A stretch of DNA of 64,000 nt, taken from contig OZ253572.1 of NCBI GenBank assembly GCA_965262935.1, positions 3,861,369 to 3,925,368 on the forward strand. Direction: 5' to 3'. The DNA comes from Spirochaetia bacterium. GTDB lineage: Bacteria; Spirochaetota; Spirochaetia; SZUA-6; Bin103. Shown here in pieces: positions 43,964-51,796 of this stretch. The notes below the pieces were generated by a model, which saw only the letters and a program-made list of their open reading frames with translations, was not told the origin of the DNA and made no database searches. The first letter of the stretch is position 1; each line of letters starts with the position of its first letter. The position numbers and the translations under genes were made by a program.

Positions 43964-44371
43964 GTGTCGGCGGCCCGCGCCAGGGGCGCAACGCAACGCG
44001 TCGTCGTGGGCAAGGCCACGGAGATCCCGGTCGGCGCGCGCAAGCTGGTGGTGCCGTTCCGAGGCCGCGCCGGCATCGGCGTGTTCAACGTCAACGGCAC
44101 CCTGTACGCGCTGCGCAACATCTGCCCGCACAACCGGAGACCGCTGTGCACCGGCCACGTCAGCGGGCGCTTCGTAGCCAACGCACCGCCGTCGAGCGCC
44201 GGTGCCACGCTCGCCATGGACCGCGACGGCGAGATCCTGCGCTGCCCGTGGCACAACTGGGCATTCGACATCACCGACGGAAGCTGCCTCGGCGACCCCC
44301 GCCTGCGGGTCAAGACCTACCCGGTATCGGTCGAAGGCGACGACGTGGTAGTGAAATACGCTGAGGAGTGA
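43964..44371 (+). CDS. Rieske [2Fe-2S] domain protein, copy 2 (~93% aa identity to copy 1)
   Basis: Same CPHNRRPLCTGH / CPWHNWAFD boxes; intact ORF with the same GTG start context. Confidence 0.65.
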   Translation: MSAARARGATQRVVVGKATEIPVGARKLVVPFRGRAGIGVFNVNGTLYALRNICPHNRRPLCTGHVSGRFVANAPPSSAGATLAMDRDGEILRCPWHNWAFDITDGSCLGDPRLRVKTYPVSVEGDDVVVKYAEE

Positions 44372-44411
44372 ATCCCGTCAGCGGGCACCATTCGATTTGC
44401 CAACCTCACAC

Positions 44412-44630
44412 TCATTGGGAAACCTCCGATGCAACAAGCGTCACGTCGCTGATGGGAACCGAAAGCGTCGTGTCCTCCGAAACGATGCAATCGCTGAGAT
44501 CGGGCGTGAGTACGACAACGACGTGTCGGGAGGCGTGTCCATAGACTTCGCGTACTCTGGCGCGGACGGTGGACCGGTTACCCCAAGGAATCTCGACAAT
44601 GTCGCCATGCTTCGGCTCGGTATCCTTCAC
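44412..44630 (-). CDS. Small (72 aa from GTG) hypothetical protein immediately downstream of the HEPN-like gene; predicted beta-rich
   Basis: GAGGAA SD 4 nt before a GTG located 14 nt after the HEPN-like stop. The ATG-less frame continues upstream to 44714. No recognisable family. Confidence 0.3.
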   Translation of the reverse strand: MKDTEPKHGDIVEIPWGNRSTVRARVREVYGHASRHVVVVLTPDLSDCIVSEDTTLSVPISDVTLVASEVSQ

Positions 44631-44643
44631 GGGTTCCTCTCCT

Positions 44644-45228
44644 TCACCACGGACGCGGGATTTGTAGCTCGACAGCCAGCTGTATGGCGACGACGTTGTC
44701 GAGTCTTTGTACAAGCCTGTTAATAGTACGCTTGAACATGCGGTAGGAATTCACGGTAGCCGTGATCCCTTGCGACCGACTCAATGCATCTACCTCACTC
44801 TCGTTGCCGTGAACTACAGCATTGCGAAATGCGATAAGTAGTTCAAGGCGTCCAAGGTCGCGGTCAGCGTTGCCGTACAGACCTTGCAGACCGGGAATAA
44901 TGTCTAGTCCCATCCGCCCGAAGTCCCTTCTCAACGCGTCTCTCCGTGGGTTCCTATTGTCGAGCTCGCGGCGCTGCCGCAACAGGATTCCCAGCGTGCG
45001 ACCTTGGGTGGCAGTCGCTTGGGATAGATACACACCGGTCGCTTCGTCGTGAAGCTCCCGGCAATAGACTTGGAACTGTCCCACGAGAGCGACAAACAGG
45101 CTCCGATTCAGCTGCTCGGTGTCCCAACGTCGTCCTCGCCGGGTCCCGCGCGCGTCCCTGTGGATCTGCTCAAGCTGTTCGAGCCGGTCCATGCATTCGT
45201 TGTCCCACACGATCTTTGCTCCAGACAT
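44644..45228 (-). CDS. HEPN-like domain protein (194 aa); candidate RNase toxin/abortive-infection component
   Basis: Rx4H motif in a helical context: LELLIAFRNAVVHGNESE (R135-H140). The ORF track fuses it artefactually to the ABC exporter frame; ATG at 45228 (MSGAKIVW). Confidence 0.4.
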   Translation of the reverse strand: MSGAKIVWDNECMDRLEQLEQIHRDARGTRRGRRWDTEQLNRSLFVALVGQFQVYCRELHDEATGVYLSQATATQGRTLGILLRQRRELDNRNPRRDALRRDFGRMGLDIIPGLQGLYGNADRDLGRLELLIAFRNAVVHGNESEVDALSRSQGITATVNSYRMFKRTINRLVQRLDNVVAIQLAVELQIPRPW

Positions 45229-45257
45229 CGCGCTGCTTCTGCCTCCGACTTGCCGAC

Positions 45258-47474
45258 CTATCCAACTCCGCTCGTGGGAGATCGGGTGGTAACAGAGTAC
45301 GCCGATGGATGGGTGCGCTCGTCCTTGCCGAGCAGTTCGTAGAGGCGGTGGTAGAGGCCGCCGGCGGCGAGCAGTTGGGCGTGCGTGCCGCGCTCCACAA
45401 TGCGCCCGCGGTCGAACACCAGGATCAGGTCGGCGGCCATGATGGTGCTGAGCCGGTGGGCGACGATCATCGCCGTGCGCCCGGCCACCACCCGCGCCAG
45501 CGCCTCCTGGATCAGCGCCTCGGCGTGCGTATCGAGGTGGCTGGTGGCCTCGTCCAGAATCAACACCTGCGGATCCTTGAGAATTACCCGCGCAATCGCC
45601 AGCCGCTGCTTCTCGCCGCCGCTGAGCCGGTAGCCGCGCTCGCCCACCACGGTGTCGTAGCCGGCCGGCAGCGCGCTGATGAAGTCGTGGATGTTGGCGG
45701 CGCGGCAGGCATCCTGAATGCGCTCGTCGCCGGCGTCGGGTGCCGCGTAATGCAGATTGGCGCGCACCGAGTCGTGAAACAGGTAGGGTTCCTGGGTCAC
45801 CATGCCCACCTGCGCGCCCAGCGACTCCACGGTCAGCGAGCGCAGGTCGCGGCCGTCGAGCAGGATCTGCCCCTTGGACGGGTCGTACAGGCGCGGCACC
45901 AGGTAGGTCAGCGTGGTCTTGCCGGAACCGCTCGGTCCCACCAGCGCCACCGTCTGCCCCGGCGTCACGGCGAAGCTCACCTCCTGCAGCGCCCACTCGC
46001 GCGCCTGGTGCAGCGCCGGCTCGCCCGCGCGGGCAGCGCCGTTGCCGTCGTCGCCCGCCGCGGCGCCGGCTAACGGCGCCGACCGCCCGGGACTTGCCTC
46101 CGCGCCAGCCAGTGGCGGCCGCCCGGGACTTGCCTCCGCGCCGGTGTGCGATTCGCGTCCAGCGGGGGATCCCTCTATGCCCGTTGTCATGGTCTCCGGC
46201 GTCACGGAGCGCTGTTGCGGGCCGCCACTTGCGACGCCGGCGCCGTTCCCGGCCGGCGGGATGCGCGCCGCGTCCGCGGACCGGCCGAAGCGGTGGCCGC
46301 TGAACGCCATGTCCTCGGCGCGCGCGGCGCGCTTCGCCTCGCTCAACAGCAGCCGGCGGTCCTGCTCGTAACGGAAGCTGACCGCGCGAAACTCGAGATG
46401 CCCGACCGCATCGGTCAGCGGCACGGCGTCTGGCGCCTCTTCGATGTCCACCGGCAGATCGAGCACCTCGAATACCCGCTCGAAGCTCACCAGCGACTGC
46501 GCCACCATGACCGGCACGTTGCTCAGCGAGCGCAGCGGGCCGTACAACTGGCTGAGATAGGCGCTGAACGCCACCACCGTGCCGATGGTCAGCGCTCCCC
46601 GAATCACCAGGTGGCCGCCGACCAGGTAGATCGCCGCGGTGCCCACCGCCGTGGCCACCCCCATGAAGATGAAGAAACGGCTGCCCACCACCGCCTGGCG
46701 CACGCTGCCGTCGCGCACCGCCGCCGCCTGCTCGCCGAACCGGCCCTGTTCCTCGCGGCGCCGCCCGAACAGCTTCACCAGCAGCATGCCGCTGATGTTG
46801 AGGGTTTCGTTCATGATCGCGCCGAGGCGCGCATTGTGCTCCATCAGCTTGCGCGACGTCTCGCGCAACGCTTTCGAGAACCGTTTGCCCAGCAACAGGA
46901 ATGCCGGCAGCACCGCCATCCCGAGCAGCGTCAACCGCCATTCCAGAGCCAGCATCACGGCCAGCGTCGCCGACACCGAGATGACGTTGGTGATCACGTC
47001 CACCAGCGTATTGGTGACCGCGTTCTGTGCACCCACCACGTCGTTGTTGAGCCGGCTCACCAGCTCGCCGCTCTTGTTGGTGGTATAGAAGCGCAGCGAC
47101 ATGCGCTGCAGGTGGGCATAGAGGGCGCAGCGCAGATCGAAGATGATCCCGGCACCGATCGACGCATCCAGCGCGCGCTGCCAGATGCGCAGCAGCGCGT
47201 TGCCAGCGGGAATGGCGATCAGGATGGCGGCCAGCAGGTTGAGGCGGCGCACGTCGCCGGCCGGCAGCGTGTGGTCGATCAGGTCGCGCAACACCAGCGG
47301 CGTCAGCAGGCCCAGACCGATGGAGACGATGATGATCGCCAGCAACACCAGCATGCGCGGCCAGTACGGGCGCGCATAACCGAACACCCGGCGCAGCAAC
47401 GTGCGGCTGACCTGCGGGCGCGGATTGTCGTCGCCGAGCCGCATCATGTAGTGGTAGCCGCCGCCCCCGTACAT
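45258..47474 (-). CDS. ABC exporter, fused TMD-NBD (MsbA-like), with an unusually long low-complexity linker containing a 45-bp tandem duplication
   Basis: Six-TM region; Walker A GPSGSGKTT, signature LSGGEKQR, Walker B LILDEATS. Linker ...GAEASPGRPPLAGAEASPGRSAPLAG... encoded by the repeated CGCCCGGGACTTGCCTCCGCGCC. Confidence 0.75.
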   Translation of the reverse strand: MYGGGGYHYMMRLGDDNPRPQVSRTLLRRVFGYARPYWPRMLVLLAIIIVSIGLGLLTPLVLRDLIDHTLPAGDVRRLNLLAAILIAIPAGNALLRIWQRALDASIGAGIIFDLRCALYAHLQRMSLRFYTTNKSGELVSRLNNDVVGAQNAVTNTLVDVITNVISVSATLAVMLALEWRLTLLGMAVLPAFLLLGKRFSKALRETSRKLMEHNARLGAIMNETLNISGMLLVKLFGRRREEQGRFGEQAAAVRDGSVRQAVVGSRFFIFMGVATAVGTAAIYLVGGHLVIRGALTIGTVVAFSAYLSQLYGPLRSLSNVPVMVAQSLVSFERVFEVLDLPVDIEEAPDAVPLTDAVGHLEFRAVSFRYEQDRRLLLSEAKRAARAEDMAFSGHRFGRSADAARIPPAGNGAGVASGGPQQRSVTPETMTTGIEGSPAGRESHTGAEASPGRPPLAGAEASPGRSAPLAGAAAGDDGNGAARAGEPALHQAREWALQEVSFAVTPGQTVALVGPSGSGKTTLTYLVPRLYDPSKGQILLDGRDLRSLTVESLGAQVGMVTQEPYLFHDSVRANLHYAAPDAGDERIQDACRAANIHDFISALPAGYDTVVGERGYRLSGGEKQRLAIARVILKDPQVLILDEATSHLDTHAEALIQEALARVVAGRTAMIVAHRLSTIMAADLILVFDRGRIVERGTHAQLLAAGGLYHRLYELLGKDERTHPSAYSVTTRSPTSGVG

Positions 47475-47776
47475 CAGCGCCCCGTCCGAACGTGCCCGCC
47501 CGCGGGCGAGGCCGGTGCATCGGGTATGGTGACGGCCACTGTGGCGCTACCGTACATGCCCGCCATTGTCGCGGTAGTACCCCGTTTACTCAACCGGCTC
47601 GACCGGCACCGGTCCGGCAGGCGGCACGGGTGACGGCGCTTGATCAAGTTGGTACCAGCTTGAACAATCGCACGCGGCGCCGGGGCGAACGCAACCCAGC
47701 GGCACGCCTGCCCGGCCGCGGTGTCGCTGCACCGCGTCGTCGCAGGTCGGAGACGCGCTGCAGGAGGCTGACAGAG

Positions 47777-48526
47777 ATGGACCACGACAACCGGGCGGCG
47801 CTGGTGACCGGCGCCGGCTCCGGCATCGGGCGCGCCTGCGCGGCGGCGCTGGCGGCGGACGGGTGTGCCGTGGTGGTGGCCGACATCGATGCGCCAGGCG
47901 GCGAGGAGACGGTGCGGCAGATCGCCGCGGCCGGCGGCCGCGCCCGTTTCGCGCCCTGCGACGTGCGCCGTCCGGAACAGCTCGAGGCCGCCGTCGGCGC
48001 TGCCGAGACCTCCTTCGGCGCGTTGCGTTGCGCGGTCAACAGCGCCGGCGTGCTGCGCAGCAACGGCACCCTGGAGTGCACTCCGGAGCAGTGGCAGCTC
48101 ACCCTGGCGGTCAACCTGACTGGCGTCTGGCACGCCATGCGCGCCGCGATCGCGCCCATGCTGGAGCACGGCGGCGGCGCCATCGTCAACGTGGCGTCGA
48201 TCTACGGCATCGTCGGCTCGGCGGCCAATGCCGCCTATACCGCCAGCAAGCACGGCGTGGTCGGACTCACCCGCTCTGCCGCCTTGCAGTACGCCCCGCA
48301 CTCGATCAGGATCAATGCCGTGTGCCCCGGCCACAGCCATACCCCGATGACCGCACCGCTGCTGCGCGATCCGGACTGGTTGCCGCAGCGCCTGGCCCGC
48401 TACCCGATGCGGCGGCTGGCGCAGCCCGAGGAGACCGCCGCGCTGGTGCGCTGGCTGTGCTCGGACGCCGCCTCGTTCGTTACCGGGCAGGCGCTGCCGG
48501 TCGACGGCGGCTATACGGCGCAATGA
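47777..48526 (+). CDS. Short-chain dehydrogenase/reductase (SDR) family oxidoreductase (249 aa)
   Basis: TGAGSGIGRA cofactor motif; catalytic YxxxK (YTASK); AGGAGG SD before the ATG at 47777. Confidence 0.8.
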   Translation: MDHDNRAALVTGAGSGIGRACAAALAADGCAVVVADIDAPGGEETVRQIAAAGGRARFAPCDVRRPEQLEAAVGAAETSFGALRCAVNSAGVLRSNGTLECTPEQWQLTLAVNLTGVWHAMRAAIAPMLEHGGGAIVNVASIYGIVGSAANAAYTASKHGVVGLTRSAALQYAPHSIRINAVCPGHSHTPMTAPLLRDPDWLPQRLARYPMRRLAQPEETAALVRWLCSDAASFVTGQALPVDGGYTAQ

Positions 48527-48549
48527 CGATTCGGTAGCATAGGGAGCCC

Positions 48550-48635
48550 GCCGGAGTGGTGGAATTGGTAGACACTGGGGACTTAAAATCCCTTGGTTTT
48601 TCGAGACCGTGCCGGTTCGAGTCCGGTCTCCGGCA
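48550..48635 (+). tRNA. tRNA-Leu (anticodon TAA), 86 nt, no encoded CCA
   Basis: Manual cloverleaf: acceptor GCCGGAG/CTCCGGC, T-arm GCCGG-TTCGAGT-CCGGT, anticodon loop CTTAAAA; long variable arm typical of tRNA-Leu. Confidence 0.75.
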
Positions 48636-48995
48636 GCCCGACCTTCCGGTCCGCGCGCAGCACGCGGCCGAGCACCGCCCGCAACTCCGCATCGGGAGCC
48701 GTGAACGCCAGCCGAAACCCGCTCGCCGTCACTTCCTGCCGGCCACCGAACACCCGTTCGGAGCCCACCACCAGCGCCCGGCCGCTGACCAACCGCTCGC
48801 CGGCAGCGGCGCACAGCAGTTCCACCTCCTCGCCCACGTCCAGCAGGCCCAGGTCGTCGGCGGCCAGGAACAGGTGGTGGCGCGACAACTCGCGGGCGCG
48901 GAACTCCATGAGCCGGGTGTTGCCATCGGCCATCGTCTGGCGCAGGTAGATCGGGACGGTGACGTGCTCAGCCACCAGCGAGGATCAGGCGCGGC

Positions 48996-49301
48996 TCAGG
49001 TGCGGCGCCGCCAGAACCGGAACTTCTCGACGTAGCCGCAGTCGTCCGGCAGATAGCGCGAGAACAGCGCGTGCACGAGGGTCACCTGCCGGCACTCGGC
49101 ACACTCCTTGAAGCGGGTGTCGTACGTCGTGCACAGGTTGTGGTCGGTATCGAGGAACCGGCACGGCTGATCCTTCTTCACCACCAACTCGCCGCCGACG
49201 CGGTCGCGCCGGTAGCAGCAGGCGCCGCACTGGGTACAGATGTCGTCCCACCATTCTCGCACCGGACGTTGCACCGGCCCCGGCACCGCACCATTTCCCA
49301 T
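48996..49301 (-). CDS. YkgJ/UPF0153-family putative Fe-S/zinc-binding protein (101 aa)
   Basis: CTQCGACC ... CRFLD ... CECR cysteine pattern typical of the YkgJ family. Confidence 0.45.
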   Translation of the reverse strand: MGNGAVPGPVQRPVREWWDDICTQCGACCYRRDRVGGELVVKKDQPCRFLDTDHNLCTTYDTRFKECAECRQVTLVHALFSRYLPDDCGYVEKFRFWRRRT

Positions 49302-49404
49302 GGCGGCGATGATACCCGGACCGGCAGCGGCGCGCCACCCCGCGCACAACCGCGCACACCCCGCGCAACCCGCGTTGCCGGATGACCGCTATAATCGCAC
49401 CCGC

Positions 49405-51006
49405 ATGCGCTCCCGCGGCGCGGTGCTGGCCATCGCGTCAGCGCTGCTCATGGCCTTGGCCCTGCCCAACGAACTGTTCCCGTACGGCAGCCCGCTGTTC
49501 GGCGTGCTCGCCCTGGCGCCCCTCCTGGCCGCCATCTACCGCACCGGCAGCTACGCCGGCGCCGCCCGCCTGGGCGTGATGTTCGGCGCCGCCTCCAGCA
49601 TCGCGACCAACTTCTGGCTGATCTTCTTCCAGAGCTTCTCGGTGTGGACGCTCGGCGGCGTAACCCTCGTCTACGTCGCCTACTTCGCCCTGCTCGCACC
49701 GCTGCTGCGCTTCATCGCCGGCCAGCCGGGCGGCTTGCCGCGCGCCTATCGCCCGATCGCGGTTGCCGTCGTCTGGACCCTGTACGAGTTCCTCAAGTCG
49801 TCCGGCTACCTCGGCTACCCGTGGGGGCTGATCGCCTATCCGGTGCACGCCGTCACGCCGCTGGTCCAGTTCGTGGAGATCACCGGCGTGTGGGGGTTGT
49901 GCCTGCTGATGGCGCTGATCAACGCGGTCGCCGCGGAGTGGCTCGACCTCGCGCTCGCAGCCCGCCGGCAGCGGCGCGTGCCGGCCCGCCTGTGGCAGGC
50001 CACCGCAGCCGCGGCGCTGCTGGTCGTGGCCGCGCTCGGCTACGGCGTCGCGGCACTGGCGCGCCCGTTGCCGCGCATTGCGACGCTCGACGTGGTGCTG
50101 GTGCAGCACAACGCCAATCCGTGGCAGAGCGGCGACGACGCCGGCGTACTGGCCGCTCTGCAGCGCCTCACCGGCGCAGGAGTGGCGGCCGCCCCAGTCC
50201 CGCCCGACCTGGTCGTGTGGAGCGAGACGGCGCTTACCTGGCCGGTGATCGGCGCGCAGGCCGCCAGCGCGCAGGCCGCCGGCGCGGAGGTGCCGGAACC
50301 GATAGTGCCGAGCCCGTTCACCGGGCTGCCCGTGCCGCTGCTCACCGGCGTGCCCTGGGTGGTCAGCGAGGCGCCCCTGCAAGCCATGAACGCCGCCATG
50401 CTGGTGGCGCCGGGCGGCGCCGTGCTCGCCCACTACGGCAAGCAGCACCTGGTGCCGTTCGCCGAGAGCGTGCCGTTCTGGGAGGTGCCGGCCGTGCGCC
50501 GCCTGTTCAGCGACCTGATCGGCCTGCAGGCGACCTGGGTGCCGGGCACGGCGGCCACCATCTACGAATTGCCGGTGCGCGACGGCGGCCGGGTGCGGTT
50601 CGCCACCCCGATCTGCTTCGAAGATGCCTTTCCCGGCCTCAATCGCCGCTTCGTGCGCGACGGCGCCGACCTGCTGATCAACCTGACCAACGACGCCTGG
50701 TCGCAGACCGTATCCGCGGAGACCCAGCACTTCGTCGCCGCCCGGCTGCGCGCCGTGGAACACCGGCGCGTGCTGATTCGCGCCACCAACGGCGGCGTGA
50801 CCGCGGCCGTCGACCCCTGGGGACGCGTGATCGGCGCGCCGGCGCCGCTGTTCACCGAGACCGCCCTGCGCCTCCAGGTGCCGGTGTACCGCCCCGCCGC
50901 CGACACCGTGTATACGCGCTTCGGTGACTACCTGCCGGCCGTGCTCGCCGCGGTGCTGGCGCTGTTCATCTTCATCCGCCTGCGCCGCGCCGGGCAAAGC
51001 GAATAG
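49405..51006 (+). CDS. lnt: Apolipoprotein N-acyltransferase (533 aa)
   Basis: N-terminal multi-TM region; C-terminal CN-hydrolase domain (ICFEDAFPG, NLTNDAWS). Confidence 0.75.
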   Translation: MRSRGAVLAIASALLMALALPNELFPYGSPLFGVLALAPLLAAIYRTGSYAGAARLGVMFGAASSIATNFWLIFFQSFSVWTLGGVTLVYVAYFALLAPLLRFIAGQPGGLPRAYRPIAVAVVWTLYEFLKSSGYLGYPWGLIAYPVHAVTPLVQFVEITGVWGLCLLMALINAVAAEWLDLALAARRQRRVPARLWQATAAAALLVVAALGYGVAALARPLPRIATLDVVLVQHNANPWQSGDDAGVLAALQRLTGAGVAAAPVPPDLVVWSETALTWPVIGAQAASAQAAGAEVPEPIVPSPFTGLPVPLLTGVPWVVSEAPLQAMNAAMLVAPGGAVLAHYGKQHLVPFAESVPFWEVPAVRRLFSDLIGLQATWVPGTAATIYELPVRDGGRVRFATPICFEDAFPGLNRRFVRDGADLLINLTNDAWSQTVSAETQHFVAARLRAVEHRRVLIRATNGGVTAAVDPWGRVIGAPAPLFTETALRLQVPVYRPAADTVYTRFGDYLPAVLAAVLALFIFIRLRRAGQSE

Positions 51007-51691
51007 CGTAGCGGTCGCCGTGCTGCTGCAGCCGGCAGCGCGGCCCGAAGATCGCCTGCAGGTTGCGCTCGGTGAGCGCATCCCGCGGCGCGCCGCTGGC
51101 CACCGCCCGCCCGCCGTCGAGCAACAGCACGCCGTCGTAGGAGCTGGTGATCTCCGCGATGTCATGGGTAACGTAGACCACGGTCAGCGCCGGCCGCTGC
51201 CGGAACAGCGCGGCGAGGTCATCGAGAAAGCGCTCGCGGGCGGCCGGGTCGAGGCCGATCGCCGGTTCGTCGAGCAGCAGCAGTTCCACGTCCGGGGCCA
51301 AGGCGCGCGCGATCAGCACGCGCTGCCGTTCTCCGGTCGACAGGGTGGCAAAGCGGCGTTCGGCCAGATGGCCCACCGCCAACATGTCGAGCTGCCCGCA
51401 CGCGCTTTCGCGGTCCGCCGCCGGCACCTCGCCGTACAGCACCAGGCCGCCGCGCGCGCGCGACAGCACCACCTCGGCGGCGCTCATGAACGGCGGTATC
51501 TGGTAGCGTAGGTCGCTGTGCACCCATCCGATGCGGGTGCGCAGCAGGCGCAGGTCGGTGCGCCCGAAGCGCTCGCCAAGCACCTCGAGCGTGCCTTCGG
51601 AGGGATAGGAGTAGCCGGAGAACAGCCGCACCAGCGACGTCTTGCCGCTGCCGTTCGGGCCCAGCAGCACCCAGCGCTGCCCCGCCCGCAC
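50972..51691 (-). CDS. ABC transporter ATP-binding protein; 5' end mis-set (true start upstream of 51691)
   Basis: Walker A GPNGSGKT only 10 aa after the GTG at 51691. The same frame stays open a further ~34 codons upstream, encoding the conserved ...IGLIIDRARILDDITVTV lead-in, but with no ATG/GTG/TTG. Confidence 0.65.
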   Translation of the reverse strand: MRAGQRWVLLGPNGSGKTSLVRLFSGYSYPSEGTLEVLGERFGRTDLRLLRTRIGWVHSDLRYQIPPFMSAAEVVLSRARGGLVLYGEVPAADRESACGQLDMLAVGHLAERRFATLSTGERQRVLIARALAPDVELLLLDEPAIGLDPAARERFLDDLAALFRQRPALTVVYVTHDIAEITSSYDGVLLLDGGRAVASGAPRDALTERNLQAIFGPRCRLQQHGDRYAIRFARRGAGG

Positions 51692-51796
51692 CGTAACCGT
51701 AATATCGTCGAGAATGCGCGCCCGGTCGATGATCAGCCCGATGCCGCGCGCCGCAACCGCCGCCGGCCGGCGGCCTCCATTACCGTCCGGCGTACG

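Noticed and set aside
44644-47520. 958-aa ORF on the minus strand
   Set aside because: Artefactual read-through: its C-terminal 194 aa form a separate HEPN-like gene with its own ATG at 45228, and the 5' 2.3 kb is the antisense/alternate frame of the ABC exporter (45258-47474), whose own frame has proper ABC motifs.
48556-49385. Plus-strand ORFs 48556-49035, 48593-48949 and 49071-49385 over the tRNA and YkgJ region
   Set aside because: Overlap a confidently folded tRNA and the antisense of the YkgJ-family gene; low-complexity translations.
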